From Candidatus Bathyarchaeia archaeon (GTDB lineage Archaea > Thermoproteota > Bathyarchaeia > Bathyarchaeales > Bathycorpusculaceae), in assembly GCA_038883775.1 (NCBI GenBank), contig JAVZLM010000007.1:1-64000 (forward strand): a stretch of 64,000 nucleotides of DNA. Reading direction: 5' to 3'. A model generated the notes under the pieces. It did no database searches, had not been told where the DNA came from, and saw nothing but the letters and a program-made list of their open reading frames with translations. Below, piece after piece: positions 1 to 9,839 of this stretch. Made by a program: the position numbers and the translations under genes. Each line of letters starts with the position of its first letter. Within the stretch, counting starts at the first letter, position 1.

Positions 1-310
1 CTCCCACGGCCCGAACCGGTTATAGGCTTGGTGAGCCGTTGCCTCACCAACAACCTGATCGGCCGCGGCCCCATCCTTGGGCAGCGCTTAGAAGCATGGT
101 CTAAACGCCCTTTCGGCGAAGACCCATTCCAGGAGTCTTCACCTATCGGAAATTAGCCCCAGTTTCCCGGGGTTGTTTCCGTCCCAAGGGTAGGTTAGCC
201 ACGTGTTACTGAGCTGTGCGCCGCGCCTCCACCGTGGCTTGGAAGCGCACGACTAGCATGTCTTAGTCCCATCCCGATAGCAGTGGGGTCCGGCAGGATC
301 AACCGGAGTT
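1..310 (-). rRNA. rrs: 16S rRNA, 5' part (runs off the window edge)
   Basis: The reverse complement begins AACTCCGGTTGATCCTGCCGGACCC...GCTATCGGGATGGGACTAAGACATGCTAGTCG...GCTCAGTAACACGTGGCTAACCTACCC. This is the canonical archaeal 16S 5' end. Confidence 0.98.
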
Positions 311-584
311 AGGAAGCTCCAGGCTGACCGCAGCCAGAGACGTTTATTGCGGTACAGCCGCAATGCCGACTGGATTTGGAGGGATTAGCCCACAAACGTC
401 AAAGCCCATTTCAGACCTAACGCGTGTAAGCATGTCAGGTCCACATTTTTGTCCCCGCAACTGGAGGCCAACCGTCCTCATCCTTTAGGGCGTTAAACGC
501 CTTTGTAGTTGGGGTTGAGCCGCCGCCATAAAATTGCGGGGCTAGCTTTCATTCGCCAAAATGAATTTGAAGGCGTCTCAGCAA

Positions 585-600
585 ATATAAATGTTTCTTT
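585..600 (-). promoter_or_regulatory. Putative BRE/TATA promoter of the rRNA transcript
   Basis: Minus strand reads AAAGAAAC-ATTTATAT directly upstream of a ~260-nt GC-richer leader (311-570). Confidence 0.6.
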
Positions 601-650
601 ACCGCTTAATATGCATTGTTATTTTAAAATTAACCTTTACACTTTTCTAA

Positions 651-1127
651 CTTATCCCTTTTAACACGAAAAGCAATTATTCATGGTTCAATTTTGGTAT
701 TGCCTTTTGGTTACAAAGAGACCATACCCAATGGGACACGGTGACCCCCCAGTTATGCGTATGGTTAAAATATAATGGAAATATCATTCAACAACAAGAG
801 CCTGTCTATCAGCAAGGAGATGTAGGCAATGATTTCCACAGTTTATTTGATGTTTATAATGAATCAGGAATAGAGAATCAATGGGTAACAGCAAAATTAG
901 ACGCAACCCCCTACTTTAAAAGCGCTTTAGAATATTGGCAAGAATCGCGTGCCATTTTGCAATGTGCCGAAATATACATCGAAACTATTGGAGGCGAAGG
1001 TGAAGTATGGGTAGATTTCATAAGCGTTTCATATCAACAACAACCTGAAAATTTCAAATCTGATTTAGCTATTGCCTTTTCTCCTTTTGATTATGACATG
1101 TATAAAATGCTTCACCCCTATAATTAG
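651..1127 (+). pseudogene. Probable 5'-truncated remnant of a secreted or beta-rich protein gene
   Basis: The frame is open from 651, after a TAA at 648, with protein-like sequence (SNYSWFNFGIAFWLQRDH...) upstream of the GTG at 741. It has no convincing start and lies in an AT-rich region. Confidence 0.35.
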
Positions 1128-1225
1128 CAGTAGAGTACCGAACAAATCGAAGAGTACAGCCTTAACTCGTATTTTATTGCTCCCCAAATCCAGAAAGGAT
1201 GATGAGTTTAAAAACGGTTTTTGCT

Positions 1226-2611
1226 TTAAAATTTACATTCATCTTTTGCTTGGTACCACTTGCCATGGTCTCCGAGGAAATATTTGAAGGAACTCGTTAA
1301 GCGGGCAAGTATGTTAATTAGTCTTAAAATTGGGTAGAATGGTGTATAGAAAAGTAGGGTTCTGTAGTTGTGTTGGTTGTAGGCGTATTTTAGGGCCATG
1401 GCTTGATTTATGACGCCTATGAGTAAACCGTATGCTGCAAAAACCAAAAGGTTTAGGATGAAAAAGATGCGGTCTGGCGCAAACCAGAAAAGAAATGGAA
1501 AAGCGAATAAGACAGCTATATCAATGAAGGCGCCGCCATACTCAAAAATGTAGCAATACCATAAAAGCAATGTTAGCCAACTCTTTTTTAAGAGTAAGTT
1601 TTTATGAATGTTTAGTGTGTTGTGGAGCCATCCTGTGAACCATCTTAGGCGTTGATCCCATAATATTTCGAGGGAGGTGGGGGCGAGTGTTAGGCTTGTA
1701 GCCGCACTAACGTAACCAACTTTTGCATTCCTCTTATGCATTTCTAAAGTAATCTCCAAATCCTCAGTCACAGAGCGCATACTCTTATCATAGAGAATTT
1801 CTCGCAAAACATGAGCATCATATAAGCCAATAGCTCCGGAAACAACCAAAACCCTATCGCCTAAAGATTGAGCACAGCGGGCTACGCCTAAGCCTTGGCT
1901 GTACTCGAGCTGCTGCAAAACCACATAAGGATTGATTTCAGCATCTCCATCGGATGGATGCACATAACCCGTAACAGCCTTTTTCCCATTTGAAAGCATA
2001 TAATCAACAAGCCTAACAAGCGTGTCGGACATCCAACATGTATCCGCATCAACAACAGCTATTAGGCTGCCTAAAGCCTTGTCTATGCCAGTTTTGATGG
2101 CTTCAATCTTACCGAGATTAGTAGAGTGTCTAACAACTTTTCCCCGTACTTGCGGGTATTTTCTCTGATAAAGTTTTATGGTTGACCATGCAATCTCGTA
2201 AGTGTAATCCTTACTGCCATCATCCACAACAATGATTTCGCATAGACCACCATATTTCTCTGTGCATTTGAACAAACTTTTGATGCAGCGAGAAACGCTT
2301 CTTTCTTCGTTGTAGGCTGGAACAATGAAGGAAACCATTGGGTAGTGAAGCCGCTTCACTTTACTCCTTTTAATTTTTGCAAATTTTGCAGCCAAAGCCC
2401 AAATTCCAGCAACACCTATAGCCAAAAAAGTATACCAAGAATAGAAAAATTGGACAAGACTATACCAAAGCCAGTTCGGCGGCTCCATGACCTCATACTG
2501 GAAAGTTTGGGTTATTAGGAAATTGGCGAAAATTGGAAAGAATCGCCATGAAAGGTAGGCTATGATGAAGGGCATGCAAAACGTCAAATAGAAAACCTTA
2601 GAAAACCTCAT
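1226..2611 (-). CDS. Processive GT2 glycosyltransferase (cellulose/PNAG synthase-like), membrane-bound
   Basis: Motifs VPAYNE, DDGSKD, DAD, TED and QRLRW (D,D,D,QxxRW), with N- and C-terminal TM segments. Confidence 0.9.
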   Translation of the reverse strand: MRFSKVFYLTFCMPFIIAYLSWRFFPIFANFLITQTFQYEVMEPPNWLWYSLVQFFYSWYTFLAIGVAGIWALAAKFAKIKRSKVKRLHYPMVSFIVPAYNEERSVSRCIKSLFKCTEKYGGLCEIIVVDDGSKDYTYEIAWSTIKLYQRKYPQVRGKVVRHSTNLGKIEAIKTGIDKALGSLIAVVDADTCWMSDTLVRLVDYMLSNGKKAVTGYVHPSDGDAEINPYVVLQQLEYSQGLGVARCAQSLGDRVLVVSGAIGLYDAHVLREILYDKSMRSVTEDLEITLEMHKRNAKVGYVSAATSLTLAPTSLEILWDQRLRWFTGWLHNTLNIHKNLLLKKSWLTLLLWYCYIFEYGGAFIDIAVLFAFPFLFWFAPDRIFFILNLLVFAAYGLLIGVINQAMALKYAYNQHNYRTLLFYTPFYPILRLINILARLTSSFKYFLGDHGKWYQAKDECKF

Positions 2612-2817
2612 AGATGAGCCTATCTCCTAAATTTTGTAAGTGGGGCACTCCTCCTTTCCCTATTAGGAAGCAAGCCTTCTATCAGAATAAAGCAACTATT
2701 CCCGCAAGGATAATATTCTCAAAGCAGAACCATAAACTGAAAATAAGTATCAGTTCTTAAAAATGCATAAATAGTTAGTTCAAAACAAACCTTCAAGAAT
2801 TAAGAGGAAACAGCCCA

Positions 2818-3639
2818 ATGGAAGACCTATCACGATATTACACTCTGCTTAGGGACCCAGCCCGCCGAAAAATAATTGAAATTTTGGGCACTCAAGAGAA
2901 AATTGGATTTAAGGAGTTGAGGGAAACTTTAGGCTTGGGCGTAGGCACAGTTTACTATCACCTAGACATGCTTTCAGACTTCATAACGCAGGATAAACAA
3001 CGCAAGTATAGGCTGAATGACCGCGGACAAGCTCTCTACAGGCTTTTGAAAGAGGGAACCGTTCCAGCAACATTGGACATAAACCAAACATTCAGCCATA
3101 AGCTTGGAAGATGGGTCTTTTTGTCACCTCTTTTCGTAAAAACAACAAAGCCGCTTGCGCTTATTCCTGCAATAGCCATACTAGTTTTGGGCGCTTTTGG
3201 AGCAGCTCAAACCAAACTTGAACCAATTCTATTCTTTTATTTTCCATACTCCACTTACAGCCAAGCAAACATAATTTTTAGATATATTTTTAATTGGATA
3301 GGCCTATTTTTATTCGCAGAAATTTTTACATATCTCCTCTATCGAAGGGTTGGAAATGAACTTCAACTTTTCACATGTATAAGTTTGGCAACTTTCCCGC
3401 TTGCAGCCTTCCCATACATTTACCTAACCATTTCGGCTTTGCTGCCGACACTGGGCAGTTTGGAGTTGAACATGATTATGCAGTATGTTCAGATTATCAT
3501 GCAAATTTGGAGTCTTCTTTTGGTTACAGCCGCTATCTGTTTCGGAAAGGGAATAAGACTTGACAAAGCGATTGTGGTAAGCCTAACAGCCATATACTTA
3601 AACATAACTATACTATTCATTCTTGGACGATTCACATAA
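2818..3639 (+). CDS. Membrane-tethered ArsR-type wHTH regulator
   Basis: N-terminal 'LRDPARRKIIEIL...GVGTVYYHLDML' followed by ~5 hydrophobic segments. Confidence 0.8.
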   Translation: MEDLSRYYTLLRDPARRKIIEILGTQEKIGFKELRETLGLGVGTVYYHLDMLSDFITQDKQRKYRLNDRGQALYRLLKEGTVPATLDINQTFSHKLGRWVFLSPLFVKTTKPLALIPAIAILVLGAFGAAQTKLEPILFFYFPYSTYSQANIIFRYIFNWIGLFLFAEIFTYLLYRRVGNELQLFTCISLATFPLAAFPYIYLTISALLPTLGSLELNMIMQYVQIIMQIWSLLLVTAAICFGKGIRLDKAIVVSLTAIYLNITILFILGRFT

Positions 3640-3735
3640 GGGTCAAATTTCATCCTCAGATCGTTATTGGCAAGAGGTAATTTCTAATCCAAACATATAT
3701 ATTAACTAGATGCAAAGGACTATCAGGTGTCTTAA

Positions 3736-4581
3736 ATGAATGGAGAGATAAAAGTTCTTGGCTTTTCTAAAGATGATTTAATGAAAATGGACCCAATGGT
3801 TTTGAGGGCAATAATTCGCGAACGCACACACCACACCATAGAAGTGCTGATATATAGAATTTTGAAGGGCAAAATGAAAATACCCGAGTCCTTCGGCGAA
3901 ACTGTCCGTTTCCTTTTAGAAATTTGGAAAGAACGTAAACTTCCCATGAACATGCCTGATTTAGAATGGGTTCAAAACTATTTAGACTTAGCATTAAAAC
4001 TTAGAAAAGGAGAAAAAATTTCCCTTAAAACCAAACTTCCAAAACCATTCAATGAAAAAGAAATGAAGATCGTCTACAAACTTCTTTTTGAACGTAGGTC
4101 AATTAGACAGTGGAAACCTGAACCAATTCCAGAAAAATTGCTCAGAGAAGTTCTCTATGCGGGACTAATGGCCCCACAAGGATGCAATCTGTGCTCCACA
4201 AGATTTTTGATACTTCACACTCCAGAAGAAAAAAGGCTTGTGAAAAGCGACATACCAGTTGATAACGCGGTAATCATTGTTGTATGCCAAGACATGCGCA
4301 TTTACCGTACATTAAACTATGACAAATATGTACCCCAAAACATTTATTATGATGCTGCGGCTGCGGCTGACCACATTTGCTTGATGGCTCATGCTCTGGG
4401 ATTAGGAGCCGTATGGCTAACCCACGACAAAGAGGACTGCGAAAAAGTTAGAGCATACTTTAATTTACCAGATTACGTTGAAACTCGCCTCCACATAGCA
4501 ATTGGGTGGCCAGATGAGGCGCCAATAAAATCTCAAAGAATGAGTTTAGATGAAGTTATGATAGGAATGCGTAAAAGGTGA
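3736..4581 (+). CDS. Nitroreductase family protein with N-terminal extension
   Basis: Motifs RRSIRQW, APQGCN, 'LMAHALGLGAVW' and 'IAIGWP'. Confidence 0.85.
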   Translation: MNGEIKVLGFSKDDLMKMDPMVLRAIIRERTHHTIEVLIYRILKGKMKIPESFGETVRFLLEIWKERKLPMNMPDLEWVQNYLDLALKLRKGEKISLKTKLPKPFNEKEMKIVYKLLFERRSIRQWKPEPIPEKLLREVLYAGLMAPQGCNLCSTRFLILHTPEEKRLVKSDIPVDNAVIIVVCQDMRIYRTLNYDKYVPQNIYYDAAAAADHICLMAHALGLGAVWLTHDKEDCEKVRAYFNLPDYVETRLHIAIGWPDEAPIKSQRMSLDEVMIGMRKR

Positions 4582-4587
4582 AAATCT

Positions 4588-5052
4588 ATGGCGGAAAAAG
4601 AAGTTTTCACAAAGGAAGAAGCTGAAGAAGAAGTTAGGAAAATGGCTAGGCTAACAGGACTTATGTTCTATCATTTTGCCAGTTTACTCCAAGAAAAATT
4701 TGGCGAGAAAACTGGGAAAGAAATTGTTAAAGAAGCTGTCAAACGTTTTGGGTTAGAAAGAGGCAGTAAAGTTCGAGAGGAAGTTCTAAAAAGAGGATTA
4801 AAGTTAAATCTAGAGAATTTTGGCAAGTTTTCAGATCTTCCAAAAATTGGATGGGGTGGATCCAAAAGAGAAACATACTGTCCGCTTGCTGAAAGTTGGA
4901 TTGCTAAAGGCGCTGAAGAGTTGTGCAAAACTTACTGTGAAGTTGATTTTTGGAAAATCAAAGGTTATAATCCGCGTATAAAAACTAAGCGCATAAAATG
5001 GATTTTGGAAGGCGATAATTCCTGTGAGTATGAAATGGAAGAGGACGCATAA
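4588..5052 (+). CDS. ATC-hydrolase-like (L-2-amino-thiazoline-4-carboxylic acid hydrolase family) protein
   Basis: 'EAVKRFGLERG', 'YCPLAESW', 'YCEVD...GYNP' and 'GDNSCEY' give the three-Cys pattern of this family. Confidence 0.7.
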   Translation: MAEKEVFTKEEAEEEVRKMARLTGLMFYHFASLLQEKFGEKTGKEIVKEAVKRFGLERGSKVREEVLKRGLKLNLENFGKFSDLPKIGWGGSKRETYCPLAESWIAKGAEELCKTYCEVDFWKIKGYNPRIKTKRIKWILEGDNSCEYEMEEDA

Positions 5053-5185
5053 ATTTAGAATGTTTGTTGCAAAGCATGTAGGCTAAAGTTCTATTTTTCT
5101 AGAAGTTTAGAAACACTATATTCGAGTTTTTTGGAAACGATTTTCTTAATAAGCCATTTATCAAAGTTATTTTCGGTGAAAAACC

Positions 5186-6547
5186 GTGAAAAATGGAAAA
5201 AACAAAATATTGGCTTTAAGTCTAGCCTTGTTGATAACACTGCCAATAGCTGCAATGACACTGCCTCAAGTTAACGCTGACAACAGCGAGCCAAATGTTG
5301 AAATTGGCCCTGTAGAACCAGTAAGGGAAGGCATATGGTACAAGTTTGAAACTCCTTTGATAACACTGATTTTTCCAGCTAGTGGAAAGAAACCTATGTT
5401 CTTATGGTGGTATACAAACGATAACAAAACAATTTACGTGGTGAAGTTTAAAGGCCTAATTGAATACTTAACATTTGATTTACCATACTATGATAGACGA
5501 TATCATGCTGATAACTTGACGATACAACAGATATTAACAGATAAATACATTGAACCTAAATTAGGTGGTTTTCAATATAAGTGGCGCCAGCAACTTAGAG
5601 AAGCTATTATGGCAAAACTTCTGCTTGGACTCATTGGCTTCCATTCGCCATATCTACCCTTTAGTGCTTGCACATGGGAACTGACGGGTCCAGAGCTTGT
5701 ATCTAAAGACAATGTTTCCTATTGGTCCTTCAATTTCACCTTAAAGGATGTACCTATGTGGCGCTTGGAATTTGCAGAAAACAACATACAGATTAGGTGC
5801 AGATTCTACAATACAACGACAACAGAAATAATAGATGAAAACCATAACTATACGGTAGCTGCTGGGCAATTGAAGTTTGACTTTGTCGTAGGCAATTGGG
5901 AGTGGAACATAGATAAACTCAAAGATTTCATAGATTGGCTTAAAACATACCAGAACTTAAACATAACAATACCATCTTACAACACAGGTTTGGCGTTATG
6001 GATTAACATGGCTTCAATAAAACTTGAAGACTTAGGCATCGCTGAAAATGAAGTTCAAAGTCAATATCAAGAAACTGTCGAAACACAATCTCGGATGCGT
6101 GCCGTAAATATAAACGATGATTATTATACTGTAAGCGAAAACCAAACACAAAACGAATATGAGCATCAAGTACGCGTAACCAGTCGCTTCAGAAACCGCG
6201 TAAGAGTACAATATGCAAATGTTGAAGGAAACATTTCAGGTTTCCTCGAGTTTGTTCCATGGGCAAGGCTTCTAAACGAAATTGGAGATACGGTTGATTA
6301 TGTGAATGTTACTGCTTCCTATATTGCTGCTGGAGCGCATCTTAGGCTATTCATTTGCTATCCATACTTTGGCAATTACACTTTGGAGCATGACCCAACC
6401 ATTGGGCTTGCTTCAGCACCAACACTTCCAACATTGACTGGGCGGATGATGCTTGCGATTTTGATTGGGGCTACTTTGGTTATTGCTGTTGCTGTGGCTG
6501 CTGTTAAGATGCACAAGAAACCAGTTAACATTGTTAATGTCCATTAG
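5186..6547 (+). CDS. Secreted, C-terminally membrane-anchored surface protein of unknown function
   Basis: Signal peptide, many N-x-S/T sequons, and a C-terminal TM helix followed by basic residues. Confidence 0.75.
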   Translation: MKNGKNKILALSLALLITLPIAAMTLPQVNADNSEPNVEIGPVEPVREGIWYKFETPLITLIFPASGKKPMFLWWYTNDNKTIYVVKFKGLIEYLTFDLPYYDRRYHADNLTIQQILTDKYIEPKLGGFQYKWRQQLREAIMAKLLLGLIGFHSPYLPFSACTWELTGPELVSKDNVSYWSFNFTLKDVPMWRLEFAENNIQIRCRFYNTTTTEIIDENHNYTVAAGQLKFDFVVGNWEWNIDKLKDFIDWLKTYQNLNITIPSYNTGLALWINMASIKLEDLGIAENEVQSQYQETVETQSRMRAVNINDDYYTVSENQTQNEYEHQVRVTSRFRNRVRVQYANVEGNISGFLEFVPWARLLNEIGDTVDYVNVTASYIAAGAHLRLFICYPYFGNYTLEHDPTIGLASAPTLPTLTGRMMLAILIGATLVIAVAVAAVKMHKKPVNIVNVH

Positions 6548-6641
6548 TTTCCTTTTTTCTTTGTTTTGTTGGTGATATATCGTTGGTGGGAATAAAAGCT
6601 TATATTGTATATTGCTATACACTATTTAGGCGGCTTTGGAA

Positions 6642-6761
6642 ATGAGTGAAACATCAAAAACAGATGAAATCCGATGGCAAGTCATAAAAGCCATGCTTGA
6701 AGAGTTCCCAACATTAAAAGAAAGGGTTAAAAACTATCTAAAGGAACAAAAACACAATTAA
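6642..6761 (+). CDS. Unannotated 39-aa microprotein
   Basis: Translates as MSETSKTDEIRWQVIKAMLEEFPTLKERVKNYLKEQKHN*. AAAAGCTTATAT (BRE/TATA-like) lies ~37 nt upstream. Confidence 0.55.
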   Translation: MSETSKTDEIRWQVIKAMLEEFPTLKERVKNYLKEQKHN

Positions 6762-6796
6762 ACCCATAAACCGCCTTATTCTCTAAAATTGAGATT

Positions 6797-7141
6797 TTAA
6801 TTTCTCTTCAGCAAATGTGGAGGAGGAATCTTAACATCGTTTTTATAATTATCACTTTCCGTTTTTAGAAGCTCCGTTATTTCCCGATAACGCACGAGAA
6901 AACTTAAACCTTTGTCAGTTGCCTTGTAAATTTCTTTATCATTCTCCACAATTTTATCTAACAATTTTATTCTTAACATAAACCTAAGATAATCGTTCAA
7001 CTGTGTGAAACTCAAATTTGCCCTATACATGATTTGGGTTTTCAAAGTGCCCTCTTTTGCTATTTCTAAAATTTCAGCAATAATGTAAAGCTTATCTCTC
7101 CTTTTGGAGGCGGGGTTCACGCCCCAAGCATTCATTTCCAA
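6797..7141 (-). CDS. Winged-helix transcriptional regulator (COG3432-like)
   Basis: 'RRDKLYIIAEILE...KTQIMYRANLSFTQLNDYL...YKATDKG'. Confidence 0.85.
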   Translation of the reverse strand: MEMNAWGVNPASKRRDKLYIIAEILEIAKEGTLKTQIMYRANLSFTQLNDYLRFMLRIKLLDKIVENDKEIYKATDKGLSFLVRYREITELLKTESDNYKNDVKIPPPHLLKRN

Positions 7142-7307
7142 TATTCCTCTTTTAAAACAGTTTTCTATACGAAAAAATGGCAGTGGAGCGTTTTAAGGGG
7201 TGTTTCGCATGCTTGAGTATTTCAAATATCGAAATATTCTCTAGAACAAACTTCTATAAGAAAACACTTAATTTCTATGAAGAAGAAATGTTAGGAAAGG
7301 TGAAAAA

Positions 7308-7805
7308 ATGCTGGTCGGGTTAATGGCTGACACCCATGACAATTTGCCAATGGTGGAGAAAGCCATAAAAAGGTTAAATGAAGAAAATGTGGAACTTGTG
7401 CTTCATGCTGGAGATTATGTAGCGCCCTTCGTTATTCCAAAATTTAAAGGGTTAAAGGCGAAGTTGATAGGCGTTTTCGGCAACAACGATGGAGACCGCG
7501 AACTATTGAAAAAAAGGTTCAGCGAACATGAAGGTTTAGAAATTCGAGGGAACTTCGCAGAAATAAAGGTTGATGGCTTAAAAATCGGCTTGTTGCATGG
7601 GACAGAAGAGGAACTTTTAAAGGCTTTAATTGAAAGCGAAACCTTCGATGTCATAGTGCATGGGCACACACATAAAGCAGAAACTTATCGAAAAGGCAAA
7701 ACATTAGTTGTGAATCCGGGCGAAGTTTGCGGATACTTAAGTGGTAAACCAACAATAGCCATATACGACACAGCAAAACACGAAGCAAAACTAATAACGC
7801 TATAA
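7308..7805 (+). CDS. Metallophosphoesterase, MJ0936/YfcE family
   Basis: Motifs DTHDN, HAGD, GNND, HGHTH and NPGE. Confidence 0.92.
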   Translation: MLVGLMADTHDNLPMVEKAIKRLNEENVELVLHAGDYVAPFVIPKFKGLKAKLIGVFGNNDGDRELLKKRFSEHEGLEIRGNFAEIKVDGLKIGLLHGTEEELLKALIESETFDVIVHGHTHKAETYRKGKTLVVNPGEVCGYLSGKPTIAIYDTAKHEAKLITL

Positions 7806-7925
7806 AATTTTGTTTTACCTTTAAAAGAAACTATGGCTGAATAGTGGAAAATGGGCTGGAAAATTTTGCCATTTTACCTACCTCTCCCCATCTAGTTCTT
7901 GGCTATGTCAACTATTTGTGACGTG

Positions 7926-8855
7926 TCAATTTGTGTTGTATGGTTTTCTGTTTTGGTTTGCCAGCATAAACAGTTCAGCCAATTCTTCGTCGCTTGCTCC
8001 GTTTCGCATGGGCGTTAAAACATCTACGAGATTGTCATTTCTCATCAAGCACGGTTTAAGTTTTCCATCACTTGTCACCCGCAAACGTGTACAATTCATA
8101 CAAAATTCCGTGTTCTCTGTTGGATGCACAACCTCGACTGTTGCGTCTGGCAAGTGATAAACATGGCGGTTTTGCATAAACCTTCTGGTTTCGATTTTTA
8201 AGGCTTTTTGCCTTAGCATGTCCTCATATTCGTCTAATGACTTGTGGCTTGTCGCATAATAGTTATGGCTTATGTTTAAGGGTTCAAGCTCTATCAACTG
8301 TAGAATTGCGCCTGCTTTTCTTGCAAAATCAATCATTTCCAAAACTTCATTATCATTCACGCCTTTTAAAACAAGCATGTTAAGTTTGACAGGATAAAAG
8401 CCAACTTTCACGGCAGCTTCAACGCCTTCTAAAACATCTTTTAAATTGCCACCAGTCAACTCACCGTAAACTTTGGCATTTAATGTTGGAAAGTTTATGT
8501 TTACACGCTTCAAGCCATTGGCATATAGCTCTTCAGCCAAGCTAGCAAGCATTGTTCCATTAGTTGTCATGGAGAGGTCGGTTAAGCCAGGTATTGCCGC
8601 TATTCCCTTAACAATTTCTGTAATGTCCTTGCGTAGGAGTGGTTCTCCGCCGGTCAGTTTCACTTTGGACATACCTAATTTAACGGCGATTCTTACAATG
8701 CGCACAATTTCGTCCACAGTCATTTCCTTTGCAAAATTTTCCCCTTGTTGTTCTTCGCCTTCCATGTGGCAGTATTGGCAGTGTAAATTGCAATTTTGTG
8801 TTACTGCTACTCGCAAGTTTAGGAGTGGACGCCCGAAACTGTCTATCAGCACCAT
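7926..8855 (-). CDS. moaA: GTP 3',8-cyclase (radical SAM)
   Basis: 'DSFGRP..NLRVAVTQNCNLHCQYCHMEG', LTGGEP, and C-terminal 'FCMNCTRLRVTSDGKLKPCL'. Confidence 0.96.
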   Translation of the reverse strand: MVLIDSFGRPLLNLRVAVTQNCNLHCQYCHMEGEEQQGENFAKEMTVDEIVRIVRIAVKLGMSKVKLTGGEPLLRKDITEIVKGIAAIPGLTDLSMTTNGTMLASLAEELYANGLKRVNINFPTLNAKVYGELTGGNLKDVLEGVEAAVKVGFYPVKLNMLVLKGVNDNEVLEMIDFARKAGAILQLIELEPLNISHNYYATSHKSLDEYEDMLRQKALKIETRRFMQNRHVYHLPDATVEVVHPTENTEFCMNCTRLRVTSDGKLKPCLMRNDNLVDVLTPMRNGASDEELAELFMLANQNRKPYNTN

Positions 8856-8857
8856 CG

Positions 8858-9391
8858 TTATTCCCGAGCATGCTTAACGATGTGAGATGCTTCGGGCAAT
8901 ATAAGCTTTTCAAAACAAAGCCTAACAGCATCAGGCGAACCAGGAACACAAAAGAAAGCTTTACCTTTCGCTATACCAGCCAAAGCCCGAGACAGAACAG
9001 CAGCAGAACCTATTTCATCATAGCTTAAACGTCTAAAAATCTCGCCAAACCCTGGCAAAACCTTCTCCAAAAATGGCGAAACAGTTTCAATGGTTATGTC
9101 TGATGGGGCTATGCCAGTGCCACCGCAAAAAATAACAGCATCCAAATCAGCATTGGCTAAGGCTTGTTTTATTCCTTCTTCAATTAGGGCTTTATCGTCT
9201 GGAATAAGCTTTCGCAAAATCACCGTATGCCCTGCATTTTTCAGAAAAGCTTCAATCAAATCTCCAGAAACATCGGTCACGTTTTCGCCCCTTTTCAGTT
9301 GTTTATAGCGGGATGTGCTGCAAGTGAAAATGGCAAATTTCAGTTTTTTTGGCGCTTCAGCCTTATGCTTTTTTGCGCTTTCGCTCACCAC
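8858..9391 (-). CDS. moaB: Molybdopterin adenylyltransferase MoaB/MogA
   Basis: 'GGTGIAPSDITIE', 'LPGFGEIFR', 'SRALAG' and 'PGSP'. Confidence 0.92.
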   Translation of the reverse strand: MVSESAKKHKAEAPKKLKFAIFTCSTSRYKQLKRGENVTDVSGDLIEAFLKNAGHTVILRKLIPDDKALIEEGIKQALANADLDAVIFCGGTGIAPSDITIETVSPFLEKVLPGFGEIFRRLSYDEIGSAAVLSRALAGIAKGKAFFCVPGSPDAVRLCFEKLILPEASHIVKHARE

Positions 9392-9830
9392 TAACGCCTT
9401 CCTTAACTTTCTTCAAAACTCTAATATCCTCAATAGCTGTTAGAGGATATTGTCCAAACTTATCCTTTTCATACTGCTTCACCATATCCCAAATTGTTAA
9501 GAGACTAACGGCGGTCGCAACCAACGCTTCCATTTCAACCCCGGTCTGCGCTTTTGTCTTGACGGTGGAGGAGACTTGCACTTTTGAATTTTCCAAAATT
9601 TCTACTTCAATTTCCACATTGGTTAGGGGTAGTGGATGGCATAGGGGGATTAGGGCGCTTGTCTTTTTTGCAGCCAAAATTCCAGCAATTTTAGCCGTGT
9701 ATAAGGGATCTCCCTTTGCAATTTTGCCCTCTTTAATTAGGCGTATGGTTTCGGCTTTTAACTTGATTGTGCCTATGGCGGTTGCTTCACGGAAAACTTC
9801 TGGTTTTGCAGATACATCAACCATCGCCAT
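9363..9830 (-). CDS. moaC: Cyclic pyranopterin monophosphate synthase
   Basis: 'MVDVSAK', 'LIPLCHP', 'TGVEMEAL' and 'WDMVK'. Confidence 0.96.
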   Translation of the reverse strand: MAMVDVSAKPEVFREATAIGTIKLKAETIRLIKEGKIAKGDPLYTAKIAGILAAKKTSALIPLCHPLPLTNVEIEVEILENSKVQVSSTVKTKAQTGVEMEALVATAVSLLTIWDMVKQYEKDKFGQYPLTAIEDIRVLKKVKEGVSGERKRKKA

Positions 9831-9839
9831 GTTTTCGCC

